32,000 nt of DNA from Wolbachia endosymbiont strain TRS of Brugia malayi. GTDB lineage: Bacteria > Pseudomonadota > Alphaproteobacteria > Rickettsiales > Anaplasmataceae. The notes below the pieces were generated by a model, which saw only the letters and a list, made by a program, of their open reading frames with translations, was not told the DNA's origin and did not search any database. Made by a program: the position numbers and the translations under genes. The DNA lies in the NCBI RefSeq assembly GCF_000008385.1, contig NC_006833.1, forward strand, positions 960,001 through 992,000, in the 5' to 3' direction. Shown one piece after another: positions 18,928 through 29,037 of the stretch (position 1 is the stretch's first letter; each line of letters starts with the position of its first letter).

Positions 18928-19533
18928 ATGAACATTAACATAAAGAATTTAGTTCATGCTTTTTCCAAATTGCCAAGTCTAGGGCCATCATCATCAAGAA
19001 GGTTAGTTATACACTTACTCCAAAACAAGGAGAAAGTCATGCTACCTCTTGCATCTTCGATTAAAGAGCTGGCAGATCTTATAATAGAGTGTAAGGTTTG
19101 CGGAAATCTAGATACTCAATCACCTTGTTCTATTTGTACCAACCCAAAGCGTGACACTAAGCTAATGTGCGTAGTAGAAGAATTAGGCGACTTATGGGCA
19201 TTTGAAAAAGGAAGTATATATTCAGGTATGTACCATGTTTTGGGCGGTAGATTATCAGCAATAAATGGCATAGGTCCAGAAAAACTCAACCTTGATAATA
19301 TTCCTAAAAGAGTCACAGAGTTTAAAATTGAAGAGGTCATTATCGCAATTAATCCAACATTGGAGGGCCAAGTTACCGTACAGTATATAATTGAATCGCT
19401 AAAAAATTTAGATGTGAAAGTATCACGCCTTGCTTGTGGTATACCAATGGGTGGCGAAATTGATTACCTAGATGAAGGAACGTTAAAAGCAGCACTTACT
19501 TCAAGACAAGAATATGAGTCGAATATAAAATAG
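18928..19533 (+). CDS. recR: Recombination protein RecR
   Basis: [39 protein letters not shown] zinc finger, Toprim LWAFEKG...[34 protein letters not shown]. Confidence 0.95.
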
Positions 19534-19559
19534 GACATGTACTTAAAAAACTTATATCG

Positions 19560-20301
19560 CTAATAACCTTCAGAAGAAAAGAAACAGTGCTACCACTCAA
19601 GGTGGTGGATTGGGAAAATGACTACCTAAACTATAAGCACTTTTCAGGTAAATTCAACACTATAATAAAAACAACTGGCCAGTTTTTTACAATAATATCT
19701 TTAGAAGGATATGCAGATGGGGCAAGACATTTTTTTGAAAGAGTGGGTAAAAGAGTTAAAGCAACAAAATGAAATTGCAGCTTATTGTAGCGCATGGAAC
19801 ACCAATGCATCGGACTAATCACTGCCTTCTTTTTTAAATCTTCTATTCGAAGACTTATTCGCGCCATATGAAGTAAAAAGAAGTGTTATATAACATTTCA
19901 AGAACATAAAACAAGAGCTATTTTCTTTAAACACACTAGAAAAGCTAATCAGTAAATCTCCACTTGCTATGCTTTCCATATTGCTTGACCCTACAAAAGA
20001 GGCCGATAGAAAAGACATTAGCTCTATACTGAGAGAGTTGAGTATTCTTCAGAGAGAAGAGAAGAAACATTAAGGATTTAAAACACAATTAGCAAGAGTA
20101 GTTAATAGAATTAGGAAAGACAAAAACACCTACATAATGGTGGACAACCTTGATATATTCCATCATAAAGGTATTGCTGATTTTCTGGAATCTATAAAGT
20201 ACATGCTTAACACAGAGAAGGACTTGTTCTCATTATTTCTGTCAGTAGAGATAAGAGTAATGTATATAAGGCTATTAACACAATACTTGGTAAAATTTTG
20301 A
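19560..20301 (+). pseudogene. Decayed KAP-family P-loop NTPase
   Basis: LKVVDWENDYLNYKHFSGKFNTIIKTTGQFFTIISLEGYADGARHFFERV (degenerate P-loop region), YCSAWNTNASD* (KAP-like xFxAWxxxxxD), TYIMVDNLDIFHHKGIADFLESIKYMLNTEKDLFSLFLSVE (KAP-like hDDLDR/Walker B region); interrupted by stops and frameshifts. Confidence 0.65.
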
Positions 20302-20561
20302 TCTGAGATCTTTTATTGATCTCTTTTTACACTTATCAAAACAACCGATAAAAATTTTACATAAGAACTATTTTAAAATATAAAGTTACCGAAAAATTAA
20401 AAAGTTTAATTATAAACAATTTTATATTTTATATAGAAAGTCTACCGCTATTGTTAGAAACAATAAAACACTGCGTAAAAAAAATAAAACTATGTCTTTT
20501 AAACTATATAAAGGAAGAATCGCCCGCCCCAAATTTGTTTTCGTTTCTGATAACACTATAA

Positions 20562-20744
20562 TCAATAGGTATCAACGTATATGAGGGACTGGATTACTCA
20601 TATCAGAAGGCATTAGAAAAAATTGAAAATGAATATAGACCTGCAGTGTTGAACTACATAAATAGCCAGGAAGAATGGGAAAAGCTTAAAACCTTTTTTA
20701 AGGCTGCTTTTAAAGAGAAAGGCTCAGAGGCCACAAGCTCATGA
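20562..20744 (+). pseudogene. C-terminal protein fragment, unknown family
   Basis: Open frame SIGINVYEGLDYSYQKALEKIENEYRPAVLNYINSQEEWEKLKTFFKAAFKEKGSEATSS* without an obvious start. Confidence 0.35.
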
Positions 20745-20775
20745 AGCAAATATAAGGAACATTCTGTTTTGAAAG

Positions 20776-20808
20776 TACCCCTGCCTTTGTGCACCAAAAA
20801 CAGGGGTA
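20776..20808. other. Hairpin, 8-bp stem TACCCCTG / CAGGGGTA, 17-nt loop
   Basis: TACCCCTG-CCTTTGTGCACCAAAAA-CAGGGGTA. Confidence 0.4.
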
Positions 20809-20831
20809 ACATTTAGTAACCACGGTCACCT

Positions 20832-21535
20832 TCATTTAGAAACTTCTGACAAAAGCTCTTGTTTATGTGTAGTACTAGATTGCTCTTTATTCATATTGTT
20901 AAACAAATTAATCTTCTCTTTTACAGGTATTAAATTTGCACTTGAAGAATTTTTTGATTTCTGAGCAGTATTAGTATTTTTAATAACCTGCTGCATTGTT
21001 GGACTAAACCCTCTAACATTGTGCTATCCACTATTTTACCGCTGTCACTAAAAGCGATTGTCGATACTCTACTTCCCTGTAGTTTCAAAGTATGGAGTAG
21101 AGCCATTCACCCCTTCAATAACATGCCACAAACAATATTTAACGACACATTTATATGTTTAAATTGTTTACTAAAACTCTTATTCTGAGCATCCTGCTCA
21201 AAAATGGAGTAGAGCCATTCACCCCTTCAATAACATGCCACAAACAATATTTAACGACACATTTATATGTTTAAATTGTTTACTAAAACTCTTATTCTGA
21301 GCATCCTGCTCAAAAATTGCTTTTATTCCAGCAAATCTAGCTTGATAAGATTTTGGGAGAACAGGTGGAGTAATCTTTCCAAGTTTTATTACTTTTTCTA
21401 ACTCATTCTACGACTATAACTCAGTTTCTGGCGCTCTTGCGCGGTACCTGCGGAGCAATCATACCTTATTGAGTTAACCTTTCCTTTGTTTTTAGGAAAA
21501 ACTTTTAGATTATTTTTTTCTACTGTAGTAGTCAT
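20832..21535 (-). pseudogene. Decayed minus-strand protein gene, unknown family, containing a 112 bp tandem duplication
   Basis: Fragments: MTTTVEKNNLKVFPKNKGKVNSIRYDCSAGTAQERQKLSYSR / NELEKVIKLGKITPPVLPKSYQARFAGIKAIFEQDAQNKSFSKQFKHINVSLNIVCGMLLKG* / MALLHTLKLQGSRVSTIAFSDSGKIVDSTMLEGLVQQ / SPTMQQVIKNTNTAQKSKNSSSANLIPVKEKINLFNNMNKEQSSTTHKQELLSEVSK*. Confidence 0.55.
21092..21315. repeat. Perfect tandem duplication, 2 x 112 bp
   Basis: 21092-21203 and 21204-21315 are identical (ATGGAGTAGAGCCATTCACCCCTTCAATAACATGCC...GAGCATCCTGCTCAAAA). Confidence 0.93.
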
Positions 21536-21612
21536 TTTTTTACCTCTAAGCCTATCAACCAATAGAATTATAAACTTAAAGATATTAATTTTATAATAAC
21601 AATGCCGATAGA

Positions 21613-22884
21613 CTAAATATTTACTCTAGCTTCAATAAGCATTGCCAGAGGATTCTCTATATAATGTTTAAAGGCGTTTAAAAATTTTGCTCCTAACACC
21701 CCGTCAACTGCTCTGTGGTCAACAGAAAGCGTTACTGTTATTATCTCTACTATCTCTATTTTTTCATCGATAACAATAGGCTGCTTTTTAGATGTACCAA
21801 TAGCCATAATGCAAGACTGTGGTGGATTGATTATAGCACTAAAAGTTTTTATACTGAACATTCCTAAGTTGGAGATAGTAAATCCGCCTCCTTGAAATTC
21901 TTCTGGTCCCAATTTTCCAGACCTCGCTCTGATTACTAGATCTTTCACTTCTTTTGATATAGACAAAATACCTTTTTCATCAGCATTTTTCACTATAGGA
22001 GTAATGAGTCCATCTTCAAGTGCTACAGCGATTGAAATATCTATATTTGCATACCTCAGTATTTTATTATCTATCCACGAAGAATTTATATCAGGAAATT
22101 TTTTCATGCTGAAAGCCACAGCTTTTATAATTAAGTCATTAATTGTTACTTTATTGTTTTTATCTGCTGAGTTAATCTCATTTTTGAGCGATATTAGCTT
22201 ATCAACTTGGCACTCCACAGTTAAGTAAAAATGTGGAATATTCTGTTTAGCCTCAATGAGGCGTTGCGCTATCACTTGGCGCATGTTACTTACTTCAAGT
22301 ATAGTATCTTCATCCGATCTTTCACGATTTTTAATTTGTACACCACTATCTAAAAACCCCAGTACATCAGCTTTAATAATACGGCCATATGGCCCAGTAC
22401 CCTTTAACCGTCTAACATTGATCCCTTCATTCTGAGCTATTTTTTTAGCTAATGGGCTTACTTTTATCCTACTTTCTGTTGTCTTAGTACCCTCTTCCTT
22501 CTTAGATTCCTGTGTCAAGCACTGAGATGACATCGAAGGGTTGGATGATACTGAAGAGGTGGTTACAACTTTCTCCTTAACCTCAATATTGACAGCAGGA
22601 ACTGAAACATAGTTATCAATCGCACTTTTGTCTTCCCCTTCTTCTAGCATTAGAGCTATCAGCTGATTAACAGGCACGCCGCTTGTTCCTTCCGACACTA
22701 AAATTTTCGCTAAAACCCCTCTATCTACAGATTCAAACTCCATTATGGCTTTATCAGTCTCTATTTCAGCAATTACATCACCTACTTCAACTCTATCTTG
22801 CTCTTTCTTACACCACTTCACAATCTTTCCCCCAGTTTTACTCATCGTTGGAGAAAGAGCAGGCATTAATATTTCTATAGGCAT
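21613..22884 (-). CDS. pdhC: Pyruvate dehydrogenase E2, dihydrolipoamide acetyltransferase
   Basis: MPIEILMPALSPTMSKTGGKIVKW, lipoyl site EIETDKAIMEFE, E3-binding SPLAKKIAQNEGINVRRLKGTGPYGRI, catalytic TVTLSVDHRAVDGVLGAKFL. Confidence 0.96.
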   Translation of the reverse strand: MPIEILMPALSPTMSKTGGKIVKWCKKEQDRVEVGDVIAEIETDKAIMEFESVDRGVLAKILVSEGTSGVPVNQLIALMLEEGEDKSAIDNYVSVPAVNIEVKEKVVTTSSVSSNPSMSSQCLTQESKKEEGTKTTESRIKVSPLAKKIAQNEGINVRRLKGTGPYGRIIKADVLGFLDSGVQIKNRERSDEDTILEVSNMRQVIAQRLIEAKQNIPHFYLTVECQVDKLISLKNEINSADKNNKVTINDLIIKAVAFSMKKFPDINSSWIDNKILRYANIDISIAVALEDGLITPIVKNADEKGILSISKEVKDLVIRARSGKLGPEEFQGGGFTISNLGMFSIKTFSAIINPPQSCIMAIGTSKKQPIVIDEKIEIVEIITVTLSVDHRAVDGVLGAKFLNAFKHYIENPLAMLIEARVNI

Positions 22885-23224
22885 TTATTATAAGTTTAAA
22901 ATCTATTCAATTTTTAATTTACTCTTTATCTTGTGTTTGTGTCAATCTAATCGTAAATTATGATGAACAAATTTACCATAAGGTCTGTGACATCAATGAA
23001 GACTGTGGGTGGACAAAAATTAGTCTACTTAGCGATAAGCGCTATGCGATGATAAAAGAAAATATTCATGAATATCAAAACAGAGTACAGGCAGTAAGAT
23101 TACTATGAAAACAGATGAGTCTGTTATAATGAGAATAAAAAAGTACAGTAAAGAATGGTGCCTGCTATCCTCTTCAAAAAGTAAAGCTTGGGTACAAAAA
23201 AAGCATATATATGGATTGATTAGG

Positions 23225-23653
23225 TTAAAAAAGGATCTTGACTGGCAGTAGTTCCTGAATCTTCTGTAGCATGCTCCTTGTATGAAGTAGAAGGTTCTTT
23301 ACACTCCGGAAAGTTACTCTCCTGTACAGAGTATTACATTGCCCACAGAAACTTCTTAACGTCTCTTCAGCAGATGAATTTAAAATTTGTATAATAGACC
23401 TTTCACTTTGTTCTTTTGGTGATTGATCAATCCTAGAAATCAACCCAGAAACCCTACTATCTTCTTTTTCAGCTTCACTTTTTATTTTACTTTTTATACT
23501 TGCAATGTTACCTTGGTCGATTTCCTTTTTTGTTATATTGAATGAACTTGCAATACCTTGATACTTGATCTTGCAATCGCCACTACCAACTATACAAAGA
23601 GTAATAGAGTCAGATAGCTCACTTGCAGCCTGCTTACGTATGGCGTAAGCCAA
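23225..23653 (-). pseudogene. Hypothetical protein remnant
   Basis: 142 aa; the frame continues upstream (QFNVEYHDNYLAYAIRKQ) to a stop without an ATG, so the N-terminus appears lost. Confidence 0.4.
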
Positions 23654-23876
23654 ATAATTATCATGGTATTCAACGTTAAATTGTTATTCTATTAACTTAG
23701 AAATTTTACTTTTTAGAGACATAAAGTACCCCTCCTTATAGCCGCACCTCTCCGTTAAAAAACAGCAATTAAACCTAAACAACAAGCTTATACATGCTTT
23801 ATTTTAACTAATTATTAAAGCAAGAGGTAGAATCTATACCTTTCAGGTATTTTAGCTATAATTCAGAATCTTTTGG

Positions 23877-26672
23877 CTATAGCCCTAATAATTTCTTTTT
23901 GATTTCTTCCTCTATCTCCCTAGTTATACCGGGATAAAGTTTTTCAATTAAACTGCTAACACTAACATTACTATTCTGGTCCACAAGAGCATTAATTATT
24001 TCTTCCACTTTTTTACCATCAATCTGTACAGATTTAATAATAATATAACCAGGAGAGCCTCTGCCATAGGTTTGATTAATGTCATCAATACAGCCACCTG
24101 CACCAGGATTACTGCTCCTAAAACCACTGCTACATTTTACCTTTTCATACTTGATTTTACTATCTTTTATATATGCTACTTGATTGTCTTCAGTAAAATT
24201 TTTATCTGTTACTATTGTTGGATTTCCTAATATCTTTAAATTACCTAAATTATTATGGATCTTCGTCTTCTTATACTCTTTTCCACCGTACATCCTATAT
24301 TTACCACCACCTGCAACAGTAATTAAATCTTTACAGTTTGCTTCTGAAGAGTCTTTGCACATTTTTATGAAAGTTGGTCCACCATCCTTATTGGATATAT
24401 GACTTGTGAGTCTACCACCCCCCTCTGTAGCTTGAGCTCTAATTATAGGATATTCAGGATCAACTTTTAATTGAATTTTGATATAATCTCCTGGCATTCC
24501 TGGTCTACTTTCCATAGAGTGAGCTGCATTTTTTACATGACCTGCTTCACCACCTCCCCATGCTTCTATTTCAATATAACCGTATTTTGATAAATCACCT
24601 GTATAATTATTATCACCTAAAAAGGTATAAGGTTGCGGCAAATTTTTATTTTTCAGCCGTTTGTTTATTGTATCCAGCACCTTTTTCTTCACACTCTCCA
24701 AGTCAAGCTTACATAATTTATCAGCGTAAAAGACCTCTGTTCTGTTTACCTTAATTGGTCGATCTTTTAATTGTGTGCACTTCTGTACTTCATTTTTTTC
24801 ATTTCTCAATGTTCTGCCATTTTTGTCTTTACAATCCACTTCCTCATATCTTAAGTAAAATGGACTACCATCTTTTTTATTTAAATATTGTTCTAAATCT
24901 GTCAATCTATATACTACTTTCAGTCCTTTATTAGATGCAAATGCTTTATCTATTTCATCATTTCTTTCTACACAGTAACTGCACTTTTCTTTCTCCTGTT
25001 TATTTTCGTCAGGGAAGAAAACATACCCTTGCTTGTTGAATATCATTTCGTCTAACTGTTTTTGAGGTCTTTTTAACAGGTCAATTATCTCCTTTTCCTT
25101 GCTTGGAAGATAATAGAACTGATTTGATTCCTTTGAATAAACAGCATTGTATTTAATATACCTCGCTCCTATTGATTTTAGCGATATTATCTCACCATCT
25201 CTCTCAAGAACAAACTCTTCTGGCTCTGGTTTCCAGCCAGAAAGGCAAAGCATTTTACCATTAGAATTTTCTTGATCTTTTACTCTCATATATCTCACTT
25301 CTATCTTTGGTCGTCCCATATTATCCAATTCCCACTTAGTAGATCCAATTTCACTGTTTTCCTTGGAATTTGTTATACTGTAGCTCTTACCATCAGGAAA
25401 CTGGATCCCAATATTAGGAGTAAGCCCATATTTTTCTAAAACTTCAAACTGAGGGTTCTTTCTTAAGATACCTTCTATAACATCAGTGATATTACCTTCA
25501 TTATTATTACTATTAGTTGTTTTCTTTACTATCCTCGGTTTGACTACTTTCAAAGATAGAGGGCCAATGTTTGTTGAAGAACCAGTATTAACATAGAAAG
25601 CATTTGCACCCATCTTCATTTTTACCTCCAGTGTATTTTCATCTACTATCTCTACCCTTTCAGGTTCTGGAGCAGGTGGGGCCGGAAAACAGCTGACAGA
25701 CTGGAGATTTTCTTTATCCATATTTTGAGTTCCATAGTATTCAGCACAGAGCTGATCCTTTTTTCTATAGGTCTTGAAGTAATAAGTAGTACCCTTACCA
25801 TCTTCAACCTCGTGTGAAGTTCTTTGGAAATCCAATTCTTTTTTTTCTAATTTACCAATGATTACCCTAACTCTTGGGTTAAAGTAATCATTGTCCTTAT
25901 TTGTTATAGGGACAATTTTAACCTGTGGAAGTAACATTCCAAGTTGTTCACAGAATGGAGGTGGACCAGGTGCAAGTGGTATAGGAGCACACTTTATCTT
26001 TTGCTTTCCTTCATTCCATGATGAACAAGTATCACAAGCTTTTCCCATATTCCCTAGATGGAAAATGTTTTCTCCTGAAAACACTCTAGCACCCCATGAA
26101 GAAATTCCTGACATACAAGACCCTTTTTGACTGCAAGCGCATATTTTAGGAGAATTAGAAAATTTTACTTTCTCTTCATCAGTAACATTATCTGCCCATT
26201 CCCACTTAAGGCCCTTCGCAATTCCTTCTTTGATCTTTTCACTGTTATCTGTCCTAATCGTCCCATCAGCTAATATTTTATCTCCTTCCCAATCGATAAA
26301 AACCGCAGCAGAAACTCCAGCACCTGTACTTTGTGTTCCATATATCTGGCGGCAGGATGTTCCACTAGGTAATATATAACAATTATTTTTTCCTTCGTAA
26401 TCACAGACCTGAATCTTTGGGTCAAAATAACCATCAGTTCCTTGGTCTTTTACCTGCCTTACTGTAATGTATTGGTATAATCTTTCATCAACCTGAAAAC
26501 TTCCAGCAGTACCAAAACTAAAAATTTTTATAAAACCCTCTAAAGCTTTTTTACCCCCAGCTTCAAATTTAGTATTATTCTCTACAAAAGGCGGGCAATC
26601 AGCATATCCTTGACATGAGAGATAAAATGTCAAAAAGAATATCAATAAAAAATTAAGTTTTACACTTTCCAT
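23877..26672 (-). CDS. 931-aa secreted Cys/Gly-rich protein encoded with the VirB4 paralogue; C-terminal glycine-rich domain
   Basis: Signal peptide-like MESVKLNFLLIFFLTFYLSCQGYADC; many Cys; C-terminal YGYIEIEAWGGGEAG...ITVAGGGKYRMYGG...GRGSPGYIIIKSV; start overlaps the virB4-like 3' end by 20 nt. Confidence 0.65.
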   Translation of the reverse strand: MESVKLNFLLIFFLTFYLSCQGYADCPPFVENNTKFEAGGKKALEGFIKIFSFGTAGSFQVDERLYQYITVRQVKDQGTDGYFDPKIQVCDYEGKNNCYILPSGTSCRQIYGTQSTGAGVSAAVFIDWEGDKILADGTIRTDNSEKIKEGIAKGLKWEWADNVTDEEKVKFSNSPKICACSQKGSCMSGISSWGARVFSGENIFHLGNMGKACDTCSSWNEGKQKIKCAPIPLAPGPPPFCEQLGMLLPQVKIVPITNKDNDYFNPRVRVIIGKLEKKELDFQRTSHEVEDGKGTTYYFKTYRKKDQLCAEYYGTQNMDKENLQSVSCFPAPPAPEPERVEIVDENTLEVKMKMGANAFYVNTGSSTNIGPLSLKVVKPRIVKKTTNSNNNEGNITDVIEGILRKNPQFEVLEKYGLTPNIGIQFPDGKSYSITNSKENSEIGSTKWELDNMGRPKIEVRYMRVKDQENSNGKMLCLSGWKPEPEEFVLERDGEIISLKSIGARYIKYNAVYSKESNQFYYLPSKEKEIIDLLKRPQKQLDEMIFNKQGYVFFPDENKQEKEKCSYCVERNDEIDKAFASNKGLKVVYRLTDLEQYLNKKDGSPFYLRYEEVDCKDKNGRTLRNEKNEVQKCTQLKDRPIKVNRTEVFYADKLCKLDLESVKKKVLDTINKRLKNKNLPQPYTFLGDNNYTGDLSKYGYIEIEAWGGGEAGHVKNAAHSMESRPGMPGDYIKIQLKVDPEYPIIRAQATEGGGRLTSHISNKDGGPTFIKMCKDSSEANCKDLITVAGGGKYRMYGGKEYKKTKIHNNLGNLKILGNPTIVTDKNFTEDNQVAYIKDSKIKYEKVKCSSGFRSSNPGAGGCIDDINQTYGRGSPGYIIIKSVQIDGKKVEEIINALVDQNSNVSVSSLIEKLYPGITREIEEEIKKKLLGL

Positions 26673-29007
26673 AGAACACTGGTAACCACTTATTCACTTC
26701 TTCTCCTTTTTCTTTTATTGCTTCATACATATATTTTATAGTCTCTCTGTTAGCTGAGAGCACATGTATTTCTTGTATATTCTTCAAATCTAAATTTAAA
26801 GTTACTAATCCTTTATACTGCTTTATCAAAAATAAACCTTCTTGAGTTGGTGTTTGCAAAATTATATTCAGCTCCTCTTTTGATAGGGAAAATGCTTTCA
26901 TATACAACCTATTTGCATTGAAGTTCGGCATTAAAATTCTTGTATCAACATGCTTATCCAAATATTGAGTAAATTCGCTAGCAAATGCTAGGTTTAAGTT
27001 CTCAGTACTCAGAATTACCACAACGTTTAATTCTGTCATCCTTTGCATCCAATTATCGAACCCTTCCTCTGTAGGAAAAATACTACTTATCTCCCATGCT
27101 TCATCCAAAACAAGTATTGCAGGTGAGCCATCACATTGTGCCTCAAAAGAGTATAAAAAATAGTAAAGTATCACGGACATACATTCTTTGTGCTTTGTGA
27201 GGTTTGCAGTGTTGAGAGATATAGTCTTTATTTTCCAGTCAATATCTGATTCATCACTATCCTGGAATAAGTAAGCAAACTCACCATCACCACACCATTT
27301 ACTTATCTTACCTTTCAAGAGCAAGAGCATCTCAGAAATTCGCGAAATAGAACGCGATTCTCTAGGTATAGCAAATATAGAATCTACAACTTTTTTTATC
27401 TTTTCTTTTATACCTACCAAGCTAGTATCGGCCACCATTCTTTTGATCAGTTCAACCAGCATACTACGGTTGGAAGCACTATCTTCAATGTTTAATGGGT
27501 TAAATTTTAGGCTTTTATTCTTATATTTCGGATCGATTATATAATACTTACCACTCACTGCTTTGGTAAAAATTATTGATTTTCCGGTGTTATCTAATAT
27601 GATAATTCTAGGATTAAATTTTCTTGACTCTGATAATAGAAAATTAATCAATGAGGTCCTACCCGAATTTGGAGCTCCAAGTATCGTAGTGTGACCATTG
27701 TTTTTCTTTCCATGAAAATTAAAGAAGTAAGGACTCCCCTTTTTTGAAAAAAAGACTGTTACTGCTTCTTTCCACCTTCCACCTTTTAATGTACCTGAAG
27801 TAAAATCATGTAGCATAGCAAAACTGCAAGCATATTTTGCTAATATATTTTTCGGTTGTGTAACAAAAGCAAAATTACCTGGAAGTTGTGCCCAAAAATG
27901 ATTTTCCATATGAAGGTCAGTTCTGAACATCATCAAACCAATTAACGACATCACGGAGGATAAACTACTAATATTCTCGGCCAATCTATTTCTATCATCT
28001 GCAAAAATCGTAAAAATAATTTTCTGTTGGCAAAAGTCTATAGTAGAAGTTCCTTCAAGTTCTATTATTTCTTTTATTTCTGAATTCCTAAGCAAGGTAT
28101 TATCTTCACTGACTTGCAGCATATTAATTTGTTTTTTAAATTCTTTCATCGCTTTGTTATTACTAGTAAATATTATTATTTCTGTAATAATGAGCTCAGA
28201 GTCAAGTTGCAAGCACCTGTCTATATTCCCCAGGGGAATTTCACGATATTCCTTTATACAAAAAACAGAACCAAACTTCTGCTGATTTTCAAATATTGTT
28301 TGAAACGTGTTAAAACCAAAGGCTATCTTTAAATTTTTAATATATTGCGATAGATCCCTTTCACATATTGGATGATCTTTGTGCGTTAATGTAACAATAT
28401 AATGGAGAAACTCTATCATTTCAGAATATACTTTATCTCCATTAAACCTCAGAGCCAGCTTTTTGGCCCCAAAAGGTTCTAAGTCACTTTGAATTAAGTC
28501 AGTTACCCTCTGTAATTCCTGATGGTTTTCTTGTAAAGATAGCTTATGCTTATTTCTTATCCCACCAAAAAAAAATGAATTATTACTATGCTTATTAAAA
28601 TCGCTAACCAATATTACAATGTATAACTCGTTTATATATCGTAATTTACTATTAGTGAGTTTATCAAGCCACGTTGAGTGTAGCTTATCAGAAAAGTCTC
28701 CAGTTTTATTCCATTTCAAACTCAGTTTATTGCGCTTCCTAACAGTATGAATCCAAACGGTAAAATATAGGCTATCAATATTTTTTGATATGCTTTTTCT
28801 AATCTCAGTTCTAAGGTCACTGTAGTTATCAGCAGAGGAGTAATCTTCTAATTTTATTATCTTTAACAACTCCCCCTGTTTTGTCAGTATAGTTTCTTCA
28901 TCGTAATGACAAGCATAAGGAATAAAATCTAAATCAATACTCTCTATTAATGCTAAGTTGTTCTTTTTTTCAAATTTAGGATTAATTGTTGGTGTTTTTA
29001 CCTGCAT
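26653..29007 (-). CDS. virB4: Type IV secretion ATPase VirB4 paralogue, divergent Walker A
   Basis: VirB4-type layout: GAPNSGRTSLINFLL (27655-27678 for GAPNSGRT), IIILDNTGKS, SPAILVLDEAWEIS (Walker B), WMQRMTELNVVVILSTENL, QEGLFLIK. Confidence 0.85.
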   Translation of the reverse strand: MQVKTPTINPKFEKKNNLALIESIDLDFIPYACHYDEETILTKQGELLKIIKLEDYSSADNYSDLRTEIRKSISKNIDSLYFTVWIHTVRKRNKLSLKWNKTGDFSDKLHSTWLDKLTNSKLRYINELYIVILVSDFNKHSNNSFFFGGIRNKHKLSLQENHQELQRVTDLIQSDLEPFGAKKLALRFNGDKVYSEMIEFLHYIVTLTHKDHPICERDLSQYIKNLKIAFGFNTFQTIFENQQKFGSVFCIKEYREIPLGNIDRCLQLDSELIITEIIIFTSNNKAMKEFKKQINMLQVSEDNTLLRNSEIKEIIELEGTSTIDFCQQKIIFTIFADDRNRLAENISSLSSVMSLIGLMMFRTDLHMENHFWAQLPGNFAFVTQPKNILAKYACSFAMLHDFTSGTLKGGRWKEAVTVFFSKKGSPYFFNFHGKKNNGHTTILGAPNSGRTSLINFLLSESRKFNPRIIILDNTGKSIIFTKAVSGKYYIIDPKYKNKSLKFNPLNIEDSASNRSMLVELIKRMVADTSLVGIKEKIKKVVDSIFAIPRESRSISRISEMLLLLKGKISKWCGDGEFAYLFQDSDESDIDWKIKTISLNTANLTKHKECMSVILYYFLYSFEAQCDGSPAILVLDEAWEISSIFPTEEGFDNWMQRMTELNVVVILSTENLNLAFASEFTQYLDKHVDTRILMPNFNANRLYMKAFSLSKEELNIILQTPTQEGLFLIKQYKGLVTLNLDLKNIQEIHVLSANRETIKYMYEAIKEKGEEVNKWLPVFYGKCKT

Positions 29008-29037
29008 ACAATATCATGCGTATTTAATAAAGATATT

